A DNA stretch of 53,743 nt, from positions 2,860,309-2,914,051 of the forward strand of contig CP070751.1 of the NCBI GenBank assembly GCA_020348445.1. The letters run 5' to 3'. The position numbers were made by a program, and so were the translations under genes. Source of the stretch: Thermoplasmata archaeon. GTDB lineage: Archaea > Thermoplasmatota > Thermoplasmata > GCA-020350865. This document shows positions 1-9,104 of the stretch, in pieces (the first letter of the stretch is position 1; every line of letters begins with the position of its first letter). The notes beneath the pieces were generated by a model that worked only from the letters and a program-made list of their open reading frames with translations, was not told the DNA's origin and made no database searches.

Positions 1-9
1 AAATAAACT

Positions 10-33
10 ACCGCACCCCTGAGGGGGTGCAGT
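10..33. repeat. IS200/IS605-type right-end hairpin
   Basis: ACCGCACCCC-TGAG-GGGGTGCAGT, a 10-bp imperfect stem just past the tnpA stop. Confidence 0.7.
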
Positions 34-47
34 ATTCATTTGTTGGT

Positions 48-497
48 TTAAACAGCAAACCTACCCAGGCCAGTTTGTATCGGTTTAGCAAAGATACCGC
101 CAGATTGTGATTCTGTGATATAGAATTCAATTTTATCGGATGTGACTTCACCGACACTGCGGAAGAACTTCCCCCTGCTCCAGAGATGTCCACCCCACAG
201 CTGTTTTTTCAGGCTAGGGAATCTCCAGAACAGTTTCCGTGCAGAGATTCCCTTGAACAACTGGAATGTTCGAGAAAGGGAATGTGTGGGGTGCATCTCT
301 AAAAACAGATGCACGTGGTCTTCCATGATTTCCAGTGCAAGGATCGTATACCCGTACTGGTCTGCAATCTCATGGAATATCAATCTGCATCCCCTTGCTA
401 CATGGATATCTTTAAATATTTTCCTTCTATACTTAGGCACCAGAACTATATGATAGTTCGACTCTCCATACGCATGGCTAAAGCTTCTTAAACTCAT
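48..497 (-). CDS. tnpA: IS200/IS605-family Y1 transposase TnpA
   Basis: YHIVLVPKYRR, HUH motif DHVHLF, FKGISAR, LWGGHLWSRGKFFRSVG and catalytic Tyr helix (IEFYI). Confidence 0.95.
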   Translation of the reverse strand: MSLRSFSHAYGESNYHIVLVPKYRRKIFKDIHVARGCRLIFHEIADQYGYTILALEIMEDHVHLFLEMHPTHSLSRTFQLFKGISARKLFWRFPSLKKQLWGGHLWSRGKFFRSVGEVTSDKIEFYITESQSGGIFAKPIQTGLGRFAV

Positions 498-506
498 GTA
501 TATACC

Positions 507-563
507 GACCTGTAGCGATTCTCAATGGCATCCGCCCTGTGGGCGGATGCGTCGCTACAGGTC
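507..563. repeat. IS200 left-end composite hairpin
   Basis: Outer stem GACCTGTAGCGA/TCGCTACAGGTC (12 bp, 507-518/552-563) and inner stem GCATCCGCCC-TGT-GGGCGGATGC (528-550). Confidence 0.75.
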
Positions 564-737
564 ACTTATGGTTTCTCCTCTTATCAAATTTCAGCCAGAC
601 CCTTAAGGCTCTGGTATTCATTTGATGGAGTAACCTATCGGTCACTCAAAATATTAATAAAGCTCCGAACTTTATTCAATAGTAAATTTAATTTGAAAAA
701 AACCCCAAAATTGCTTTTTTCATATCAATCGCGAAGT

Positions 738-951
738 ATGAGACAACTAGATAAGGATAGGAAACATTCTGGATTTGACAACGAATACACAATATGAGAT
801 TGAGACTGTAAACGATCGTTATTACCACAAAAGAAGGATAGATCAATACAGAAGAACTAGTGTAGACGTAGTCGTTATTCCTACAAATAAGTTACCAAGT
901 GATCTTAAGAACAAATGCAAAGAATTAAAACAGTATATAAAACCAGATTAA
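738..951 (+). pseudogene. Truncated/frameshifted paralog of the 49793-50188 nuclease-like gene
   Basis: Manual translation of 751-951: IRIGNILDLTTNTQYEIETVNDRYYHKRRIDQYRRTSVDVVVIPTNKLPSDLKNKCKELKQYIKPD*, aligning with GIGDVIDISTRITCQYEIET...KLPND...IIVPD; in-frame TAG at 748-750. Confidence 0.75.
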
Positions 952-980
952 ATCTGTTTTTCTTCTTTCTCAGTCAATAA

Positions 981-2789
981 TTATGCAATTTCTAGTTGTC
1001 TTATCCAATATTCAATCCTTTCAATAAAATTTTTATCATTTTCCTTATCTAATGATTCTACTTTTAATATTAATTTATTAATAAAGTCCCATTTTTCCTC
1101 ACTAATTTCTGAGAGGTTCATCTTTGAAAATAACAAATCAAAGAGCTTTTCATCCTTTTCATCCAATGCTTTTATAATTGCATCGGTTCTATTACTAAAA
1201 TATCCACATGCATCTAAAATATGCACAAGATCTTTATTACTTTCTCCTTTTTCGTAAATTTTTTTGAAATCATTTAAACATTTTTCTTTTAATAGTTGCA
1301 ATGTCTCAGGGGTCTTTGTTAAGAGACTCAATATGTCAAACATTTGTATAAGGGCTTCTCTATCTTTCTTTTTAATAATATCTTTTGCAAATAAAATCAA
1401 TTTTTTTATCGTGGGTAGATCTTTCTTTTTTATCTTATTACTTCTATAAACCTTGAGAACTTCGTACCTAATTGATTGAAATCGACGATTTGCATTTTCT
1501 GGTGAAAGAGACTTTGTTTTTAATATTTTGATGTAATTATCAATCAATTCTGAATTAAACGGTTCTTCGGATTCTATTTTTATAATAGGTTTTTCTTCTG
1601 GGAGTGAGCAATTTCTTTTAATCCACCCACGAAGAAAATTATCAACAAATTTATATTTTCCCCGTTCGGCTCTTTCAATGATTCCGTGTCTATTCTCAAT
1701 TTTATTTAAAAATGCTCCGATAGATCGGGTATTTATATTTAATTCCTGTGCAATGTCTCGGGGTCTATCTAGTTCTTTGGTTGCCATTATAACTACTATT
1801 TCTCTCATTTTTCCTGTTAGTTTTTCATATTCAGATATTAAATGGTGAGGTAGAAGATCAAAAATATTTTCATATGCTTCCAATACATCATTTTTATTGA
1901 TAATATCAATTTCCTTAAATTTTGCGATTTCAAAGCATTTTAATCCAAGTAATTGAACATAGTAAGGATGGCAATCTGATCTATCTATAATAAGATCCAA
2001 AGCATCCTTCTCTAATTTTATTTGAAATGAATTAAACCTATGTATCACAAAACTCCTCACTTCATCTTCAGGCAGCTCCTTTATTTTTTTAGGGAAGAAA
2101 AAATTGAAGAATGGTTGTTTCTTGTTTCTGATAATTTCATCTTCGAAAGATGTCATACTTGACGAAACAACAAAAGAAGTGGATTTTAAATCCTGGATAA
2201 ATCCTCTCAATGTCCATAGAAAATCCGGGCCGAACTCAAAAACTTTCTGGAATTCATCTAACATTATTACGATCTTTCCGCATTGTTGCCCTACTTTATC
2301 AATAGTTACAAAAGTCTTATCAATCAATTCATGCAAGTCTTTCTCTTTATCCTGAGAATCAAATTCTGCCCATAGGGTTACTATTTGGGATATATCAACA
2401 CCTATCTTTTTGGGTTTAACACTTTTCATAAATGATTTTCCTGTGTCTTTCATACGCTCTTTGTAACTTTTTTGATACGTTTTCTCAATTTCTCTCAATA
2501 AATATGAAAATAAATTACTTAGGGTGAAAGGATATGTTTTTTCAACCCTGATATACACAGAAGCGATTCCGATTTTTTCTAATTCCATTTTACATCTTAA
2601 CATTAAACTGCTTTTTCCAATTCTCCGTTTTCCGATAATTGCTATATGGTGTTTCGTCTTTGAACTTAAATAGTGAACCATTTCTTTGGTTTCTTGTTCT
2701 CTATCGCAGAAATAATCAGAAATTTCTCCCTCTTTTATATCTTCTCCAGCATAAAATGGGAATTTATATAATCTTACCATGATTACCAA
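981..2789 (-). CDS. Archaeal AAA+ ATPase (ATPase_2-like) with wHTH and unknown C-terminal helical domain
   Basis: F-DRE-E start, Walker A GKRRIGKSSL, Walker B VIMLDEFQ, HPYYVQLL, then YKFVDNFLRGWI. Confidence 0.85.
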   Translation of the reverse strand: MVIMVRLYKFPFYAGEDIKEGEISDYFCDREQETKEMVHYLSSKTKHHIAIIGKRRIGKSSLMLRCKMELEKIGIASVYIRVEKTYPFTLSNLFSYLLREIEKTYQKSYKERMKDTGKSFMKSVKPKKIGVDISQIVTLWAEFDSQDKEKDLHELIDKTFVTIDKVGQQCGKIVIMLDEFQKVFEFGPDFLWTLRGFIQDLKSTSFVVSSSMTSFEDEIIRNKKQPFFNFFFPKKIKELPEDEVRSFVIHRFNSFQIKLEKDALDLIIDRSDCHPYYVQLLGLKCFEIAKFKEIDIINKNDVLEAYENIFDLLPHHLISEYEKLTGKMREIVVIMATKELDRPRDIAQELNINTRSIGAFLNKIENRHGIIERAERGKYKFVDNFLRGWIKRNCSLPEEKPIIKIESEEPFNSELIDNYIKILKTKSLSPENANRRFQSIRYEVLKVYRSNKIKKKDLPTIKKLILFAKDIIKKKDREALIQMFDILSLLTKTPETLQLLKEKCLNDFKKIYEKGESNKDLVHILDACGYFSNRTDAIIKALDEKDEKLFDLLFSKMNLSEISEEKWDFINKLILKVESLDKENDKNFIERIEYWIRQLEIA

Positions 2790-2880
2790 ATGGTAATAAT
2801 GCTATTTAAGTATTTCTGACCAAACGGTAATGACGGTTATAAGTGACGGCTCTCCGTCCTGGATGGACGGGGGCCTCTTA

Positions 2881-3504
2881 CTAATCCTGATTAAGTTCAA
2901 TTAGTTTTTTAAGATTAATTTGTAATTTATTGAAAACTTCTTCTTCTTTGATGCCAGGATTAATCTCTAATAATTCATTTACAAACAAGTTGGTTGATCG
3001 TATAACTTCATTTATAAAAATGTTATGTGATATAGGTTCATCTTTTATATCATGTATAATATATGGTGAAATCCAATGAAGGGATTTTCCGTTCCTGAAT
3101 TTATCAAATGATAGATACAAGTATTTTTCATCTTTATTTATTGTAATATCAATTGAGTGCTCAATAATTTCAATAGCCACTTCTTTTTTTCCACGGATTA
3201 ATTCAATGGTTAACTTCACTAAATTAGAATACCAATCTAATAAACACACCCCATTTAATCCCAATCGGTTATATGGATCAGATATTGAATTTATAATAAG
3301 GTTGTCCTTTTCAAGTTCTTCTAAAGCATTTTTCGGAATTTCAAAAATATATTTATCATTTAATTCAATAACTAAATCACCTTGAATTGCTTCTACACCA
3401 ATCCAGAGATGTAAATCCTTGCTCCGAAAATTGTCTATAGTATAAGATTTTAATTTGGTTACAGTATTTTTTTCTATTCCATAATTAATTTTTATAGAGT
3501 TCAT
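2881..3504 (-). CDS. Putative immunity protein of the upstream toxin
   Basis: 207 aa, AT-rich, starts 27 bp after the toxin stop on the same strand; no recognisable enzyme motif. Confidence 0.55.
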   Translation of the reverse strand: MNSIKINYGIEKNTVTKLKSYTIDNFRSKDLHLWIGVEAIQGDLVIELNDKYIFEIPKNALEELEKDNLIINSISDPYNRLGLNGVCLLDWYSNLVKLTIELIRGKKEVAIEIIEHSIDITINKDEKYLYLSFDKFRNGKSLHWISPYIIHDIKDEPISHNIFINEVIRSTNLFVNELLEINPGIKEEEVFNKLQINLKKLIELNQD

Positions 3505-3531
3505 TTATATCACCCAATGCATTTTACCGTT

Positions 3532-4527
3532 TTAATATTTAACTTTTTTTACCCCAATAATACCAATGTCACCTTTTGCTACCGTGATTTCAACACCATC
3601 AATCGTCTTCCTATATAATTTTGAACCTTTTGTTCCGGATCCAACATATTTTCCGGTATCTGCAACATCTTCAACCGAATCAAGTATTTTTGGGTCTGAC
3701 CAACCTTTAGGAAATGTACTACCTTTTTTACCTGGGACATTTAGACTATGTCTATCTAAAACATGCTTTTGCCTACTTGGATGGAATGCATCTAATCCAG
3801 CTTCAATTCTTTTAGCTGCTCGCTCAGCAATGTTTTCAATAATTTCTTTACCGTATTTAGCAATATCATCTACAATCCTGCCCCCACCACCTACTACCAG
3901 GACAGCAAACGATCCAGGGGCACTTTTACTTAATTTCATACCTAAGTCATCAATGTATTTACAGACTTTATCTGCAACTTTGTTTAAAAAGCCCTTCGCC
4001 ACCAATTTAGCTTTACTGGCTCCTCTCTTAATCATTTTCCCAACAGCAGATATTCCATCCTTCAACTTACTCGTAATACTACCCAGCTTCCCAGCAATCC
4101 CCGCCGCATCCGCCGCAGCACCCAGCAAAAGGAACCCGCCCACCATCATCTGCTGAATAATATACCCCACAAGATGCGCCGCCGTGAAAGCCAGATTGAA
4201 CTTGTTCTCGTCCGTACTTATGAAATCGATATTCGATTGGTCATTCAATGCCCAGTTGTCAAAGAAATCCTCCATCAGATCCGTTATATTATCGAACCAT
4301 TGTTGAACTGTATGATCCCCGCCATCATTGAACGGATTGAAGTTGAAGGCTTTGTTGATTATACCGTAAAGGGAATTCTTAAACATCTCGAAAAATAATC
4401 CTGTATCGAAAAGGAGCGTCGGGATCAATTTTCCTATCTCCTTTAAACCATTAAAAATCTCCCCAATTTGGAAGAAGATACTTAGATCATCAAATATACC
4501 TGTTGCAAATCCCGTAAAGAAGCCCAT
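3532..4527 (-). CDS. Orphan polymorphic-toxin C-terminal cassette with EndoU-like nuclease tip
   Basis: Ala/Gly/Lys-rich pre-toxin helices then KHVLDRH...GKKGSTFPKGWSDPKILDSVEDVA...IDGVEITV; in-frame TAA at 4567-4569 excludes a longer N-terminus. Confidence 0.7.
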   Translation of the reverse strand: MGFFTGFATGIFDDLSIFFQIGEIFNGLKEIGKLIPTLLFDTGLFFEMFKNSLYGIINKAFNFNPFNDGGDHTVQQWFDNITDLMEDFFDNWALNDQSNIDFISTDENKFNLAFTAAHLVGYIIQQMMVGGFLLLGAAADAAGIAGKLGSITSKLKDGISAVGKMIKRGASKAKLVAKGFLNKVADKVCKYIDDLGMKLSKSAPGSFAVLVVGGGGRIVDDIAKYGKEIIENIAERAAKRIEAGLDAFHPSRQKHVLDRHSLNVPGKKGSTFPKGWSDPKILDSVEDVADTGKYVGSGTKGSKLYRKTIDGVEITVAKGDIGIIGVKKVKY

Positions 4528-4652
4528 TACAGTTCCTGAAATCCACGGACCTGTGAAATAATCCTTTTATGTAAATCAGCTATGATTGCAAAAGCCAGGA
4601 GACGATGATTTACATGTATATTCGCGCAACTAGCTTATAGACCAAATCAGCT

Positions 4653-7600
4653 TTATATCCCAATATAACTATAGAATGTTGGATAGGTTGTGGATATCTG
4701 ATAGCCTTCTGCCATGACCACATCAACATCATAAGCCCCTTTGGGCATGATGGTTTTATGCCACATCCATCGTTGCTCAGGGACATTATAGTAGTTCATT
4801 CCCCATACATTGGGAATGGCATCACAAAACCAATCTGTAGAATGGGTAGAATTTAGTTTTAATGGTAATCCCAATGTATCATAATCCATACTGTACTTTC
4901 CTGTCCATACACCTATACTGTAACTGCTTGCACCTCTTTCTCCTGTCCCGTTTACAGGGATAATGATATAGTAGAAATGTGGTCCTGCTGTGGCATTGCC
5001 GTAATCTGTATATGAGAGTGTATCATAAGCCAAGCTCGCGAGCAGATCGTAATTCCCTTTCCAGAAGCCATCTCTTGAAATGGAGCGGAGGACATGATAT
5101 CGATGGTCCATATCCAAGCTAGAAGGCCGTGCCCAGCTCAATGTAACATCGCCTGAAGTTCCGTCCACAGAGGCTGTCAGGCTATCCGCATCTCCGGTTC
5201 TGGGTGTGGCATTAAAACCAAATGACACGTTGTCATAAATTATCATGGCACCAGGCATGCCGCAAAAGGTATATTTAGCAGGGCCATCGAATTCAACCTC
5301 AAAGCCTTTACCCACCTCCATGAGAATGTTATTTTTATGCCTGTCTCCAATATTGTGCTGCACCCAAGTATGTGAGATAGGGTCAATGAATTTGATGTAG
5401 TTCGCATTCATGTCCACGGTGTACCGACATGTATCCATTATTCTCAAAGGCTCTAAAGGTATGGAAAATGTGTTCACCCCTTCATAAAATTGTTTAGTCC
5501 ATTTCCCAACTGTTCTACTTGTGTAACTGACCATACTCATATTATCCACGGCCCGTATTGTGTAATACAGCTCTTGGTGATAGTTCTTCTCGCCAGGCTC
5601 GGCAGAATCTGTATCGTTCCATGTTGTACGCGTCGGTATATAACCATTATCATAATCCAGGTCAGTGCGCTTCCAAGGAGTCGAGAAATCAAAGTCAGTT
5701 TGATTTTCAGAGCGGTAAATAAGATAATATTTTACTCGAGGGGATCGCGGTATCCAAAAGAGGAGAGTGTTGTGACCTTTGCCATCTGGATTGCCGTAAT
5801 CATCCACAACTTCTATGAAAAGCTCTGGGGGAAGGAGGTCACCGATCACAACATTTATCATGGTCTTTGGAAAGAGCAGCTCAACAGATGAATTGGCTAT
5901 GTCGGTGTAGTTGATCCTAGATTGCGTGAAGTTGTTCGCCTCCAGATAACCGCACATTTTCGAAGTTATATTAAAAGTAACAGTCCAAGTTTCGTAAACA
6001 AAGATACTACTGACATTCCATTCGAGAAAGGTATACCCTGATTCATTTTCAGATATATGATCTGGTTCAATTAAGAAGCTTCCTGGGACGTAATCAATCC
6101 AAGGTGGAAGCACATCTGTGATCATTGGGTTTGCATCTGTTGTATCCAAATCGACACCCGCAATATAGTCATAGGTCTCAATTTCACCTGCGACCTCCTC
6201 GTATATTGCGTATAAACATGTAGCATTGGATGCTGGGTAATATTTTCCATCAGTGATTTGTGCAATGTCCTGTAAAAGCTCTTCATTGTGATCGTCCCCC
6301 AATCCGATGGTGTATATCCTTATTCCGTTATTTTTTGCCCTATGTGCCTCACTGTATGCAAGCTCATCATCATTACCTTGACCATCTGTGAGAAGGATGA
6401 TGACCCAGATATGGGTTGGATCACCGCATTCGATAAGCTCGTTATTTGAGCACTGCAACGCGGCTCCGATGGCGGTGCTACCACTTGAATCAACGGTATC
6501 TATATCGTCCTTGATCTGATCGTAATTTGTGCTGAGATGATGGTCATTTACCAAAATCGCATCATTATCAAAATCAACTACGCAAGCCCTGTCATCTGGT
6601 TCCAATTTGTCCACATAATTCTTTGCAGCTTCTATTCTAAGATCATCTGGGTCGTTTACAAGCATGCTCCCAGAGCTATCTATGGCCAAAACCGTATCTT
6701 GATATTCATAAAATAGTTTCAACGTGGGAAAACCTGCACCTGTTACATTTAGGGTTATTGTTGCCTGCTCGTCATACCCTGAACCGAGAACGTTGATTTG
6801 AGTGGGCGAAATAAACTTATCTGGTATCAGATATGGATAAACCCTCGTTTGAACCACAACTGAATATGTAATAGCAGAATTGCAGTTTGCTCTGACGGTT
6901 ATAGTGGAATTGACATGATCGGCCACTATCCAGATTGATGGAATTGTAACCTTTATCGAGATATTTACATGTGAATCAAAATCAATGTATATATCAGGCA
7001 CACCATCTGCGTCAGAATCTGTTATCTTTGTTGTCCTGTCACCAGTATATATTTCCACGAACCAATCTTCGGGCAGGGATTGATTGAATATATCAAAGAG
7101 CTCTCCTGTGTTCATCTTGTTTGTGATGGTGAGGTTGTACCAGATCTCATCACCCTGCTTGCCGTATTCAAATTGACCTTTTGGGCCAATGTGAATAAGG
7201 GGTATTGTTGGTGTTTGATCAAACATCCATCCTGCAGCCTCTGATGTGACATCATCGTAACCCTGGTAGGTGCCGTTTCCTTCAGGAATCCTCTTTACTG
7301 TCTTATTTTCCTGATGCTCTGTATTCCAACCAACCATATCCAACAAAGTACCTTCATCATCATAAAGATAGACATTATCTGCAGTATTTGAGAGGTTGTT
7401 ATTAGCAAAAAGCCATGGAGCATCTTCGTATAATATCACAAAATAGGAATCATTGAAATCCAGAATATGATTACCTTGTATATACATGATGTCATCTGTG
7501 ACTACCGAAAAATTGTACAGGTTTATCGATGATTCTCCAATGTACATCAGTTCGATAAAACCGTATTGGGGCGCAGTGGGATTGAACATTACCTCGTTTA

Positions 7601-9086
7601 ATACGACTTCAGGGGAATTACTTACAGCATTGTTTTCATTGTTCTGAGCACCAAAGGTCATCCCATGTAAGCTGTGAATCCAGAATGGACAATAAATTCC
7701 CTCAGAGTAAATCCTAGATACCGAGCCAATAGAGGGGTCGTTAATTGGATCAGGAGCTACGCCTTCCTGTCCAAATGAAACCCCATCAATCAGAGTGAAA
7801 TATCCACCCAGATCTAAGTACAGATCGATTGTATCACCCTCTGAATCGATGGTCTCCATGGAATCCAGGGTAAAAACGCTGTATTCATTGGTTGGGAGGG
7901 GATTTTTATCCCACGTTCCTGACAATTGTGTCATCCCGTCATCTACTGACAGGAAAAATTCGTTTAAATCTGTGGACGCAAATTTCGAATTGAACACCTC
8001 AATTTGTTGGATTTGGGAGCTTGAATCTGAAAACTCAGTTATATGAAATGCATTTGCAACTGCCACAGGGTAATAGTAGTTACGTGCCTCATTCAATGCC
8101 GTTATCATGCCCTCATAAGTGTCGTTTATAGCTACCACCAAAGTGACCATTTTTGATGAATCCGCAGGTATGGTGATTCCATTCCATCCAACAGTGGAGG
8201 TTATATTTCCAGGTACGACTCCATCTGTGGCAGTGGAGTTAGGTGCGTGAAGGCGCTCGTACAACCATGTTTCATTTTCCCAGAACATTTTATAATCGTC
8301 ATAGGTGGTTGGGTGATAATCCTGTGAGTGGTAATGGGTGATGGGATCTGAAACCATGGCAGAGGCAAATCCAATTGTTGTCCCATTCCAATAACCACCT
8401 CCAATATCAGAAGCCCAATAGACATCGTATGTGTCGTTAAAACCGTCGATATCATCCCCGCCATCGTAGCCCACACCACCGTGTGCACCTACCTGAGAGA
8501 GCGGTAACTCAAGACCGATACAAACACCTGAAATATCTGCACCCTTTATATTTGTCAATGTCCATTCCAATATGGCCCAATCCTTATCCTTAACAGTCCA
8601 CACTGCTTGATCTATAAGTAGGTCGTTAGGATCCCCCGTCCCTTCACCAGTATTTTGGAAGGAAGCAATGCTTTTTTGTGTTGTTTCATCATCAAGGACC
8701 ATGGTAAGTTCGCTCACTGTTGTAAAGTCATCTGGATTGAAGTACGGATATACAGAGAAACACTCCGCTATATCTTCTGATCCAGGGATATGATTATAGT
8801 TATCCTGATCTATTACCAAACCAATGGGTCCTGAACCCTTGATGGCATCATAACTTGTTTGAGGAACAGCAGCAGAAGGAACCCATCGACTTATGGCTTG
8901 AATTATCCTCCCATAATCACTAAGCCACTCGATCCAAACATTACCATTATCATGGTTTAACCATGAAGCACTTGCGTTAGGTGTGTATATGGTTATGCAT
9001 ATCAATTGAGTACTCAATACGACAGTTACCGTCACGAAGAGGGAGAATCTTCTTCTTTGTCCAGACACTTTCCTCCTAATTTGCAT
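4653..9086 (-). CDS. Large secreted vWA-domain surface protein with lamin-tail and Ig-like domains
   Basis: Signal peptide (RRR + hydrophobic + ASA), LTD motifs (HITEF, VVLNEVMFNP), MIDAS IDSSGSM and IILLTDG, conserved C-terminal module. Confidence 0.85.
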   Translation of the reverse strand: MQIRRKVSGQRRRFSLFVTVTVVLSTQLICITIYTPNASASWLNHDNGNVWIEWLSDYGRIIQAISRWVPSAAVPQTSYDAIKGSGPIGLVIDQDNYNHIPGSEDIAECFSVYPYFNPDDFTTVSELTMVLDDETTQKSIASFQNTGEGTGDPNDLLIDQAVWTVKDKDWAILEWTLTNIKGADISGVCIGLELPLSQVGAHGGVGYDGGDDIDGFNDTYDVYWASDIGGGYWNGTTIGFASAMVSDPITHYHSQDYHPTTYDDYKMFWENETWLYERLHAPNSTATDGVVPGNITSTVGWNGITIPADSSKMVTLVVAINDTYEGMITALNEARNYYYPVAVANAFHITEFSDSSSQIQQIEVFNSKFASTDLNEFFLSVDDGMTQLSGTWDKNPLPTNEYSVFTLDSMETIDSEGDTIDLYLDLGGYFTLIDGVSFGQEGVAPDPINDPSIGSVSRIYSEGIYCPFWIHSLHGMTFGAQNNENNAVSNSPEVVLNEVMFNPTAPQYGFIELMYIGESSINLYNFSVVTDDIMYIQGNHILDFNDSYFVILYEDAPWLFANNNLSNTADNVYLYDDEGTLLDMVGWNTEHQENKTVKRIPEGNGTYQGYDDVTSEAAGWMFDQTPTIPLIHIGPKGQFEYGKQGDEIWYNLTITNKMNTGELFDIFNQSLPEDWFVEIYTGDRTTKITDSDADGVPDIYIDFDSHVNISIKVTIPSIWIVADHVNSTITVRANCNSAITYSVVVQTRVYPYLIPDKFISPTQINVLGSGYDEQATITLNVTGAGFPTLKLFYEYQDTVLAIDSSGSMLVNDPDDLRIEAAKNYVDKLEPDDRACVVDFDNDAILVNDHHLSTNYDQIKDDIDTVDSSGSTAIGAALQCSNNELIECGDPTHIWVIILLTDGQGNDDELAYSEAHRAKNNGIRIYTIGLGDDHNEELLQDIAQITDGKYYPASNATCLYAIYEEVAGEIETYDYIAGVDLDTTDANPMITDVLPPWIDYVPGSFLIEPDHISENESGYTFLEWNVSSIFVYETWTVTFNITSKMCGYLEANNFTQSRINYTDIANSSVELLFPKTMINVVIGDLLPPELFIEVVDDYGNPDGKGHNTLLFWIPRSPRVKYYLIYRSENQTDFDFSTPWKRTDLDYDNGYIPTRTTWNDTDSAEPGEKNYHQELYYTIRAVDNMSMVSYTSRTVGKWTKQFYEGVNTFSIPLEPLRIMDTCRYTVDMNANYIKFIDPISHTWVQHNIGDRHKNNILMEVGKGFEVEFDGPAKYTFCGMPGAMIIYDNVSFGFNATPRTGDADSLTASVDGTSGDVTLSWARPSSLDMDHRYHVLRSISRDGFWKGNYDLLASLAYDTLSYTDYGNATAGPHFYYIIIPVNGTGERGASSYSIGVWTGKYSMDYDTLGLPLKLNSTHSTDWFCDAIPNVWGMNYYNVPEQRWMWHKTIMPKGAYDVDVVMAEGYQISTTYPTFYSYIGI

Positions 9087-9104
9087 TTTGTTCCCCTCAT
9101 TTTC

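Larger units (their letters stand above)
10..563 (-). mobile_element. IS200-like element (tnpA only, no tnpB); exact termini uncertain
   Basis: tnpA bracketed by hairpins at 10-33 and 507-563. Confidence 0.75.

Noticed and set aside
2849-2875. GC-rich hairpin between the immunity and ATPase genes as an IS605-end remnant
   Set aside because: Only a 9-bp stem with wobbles and no matching partner end; could equally be a terminator-like structure.
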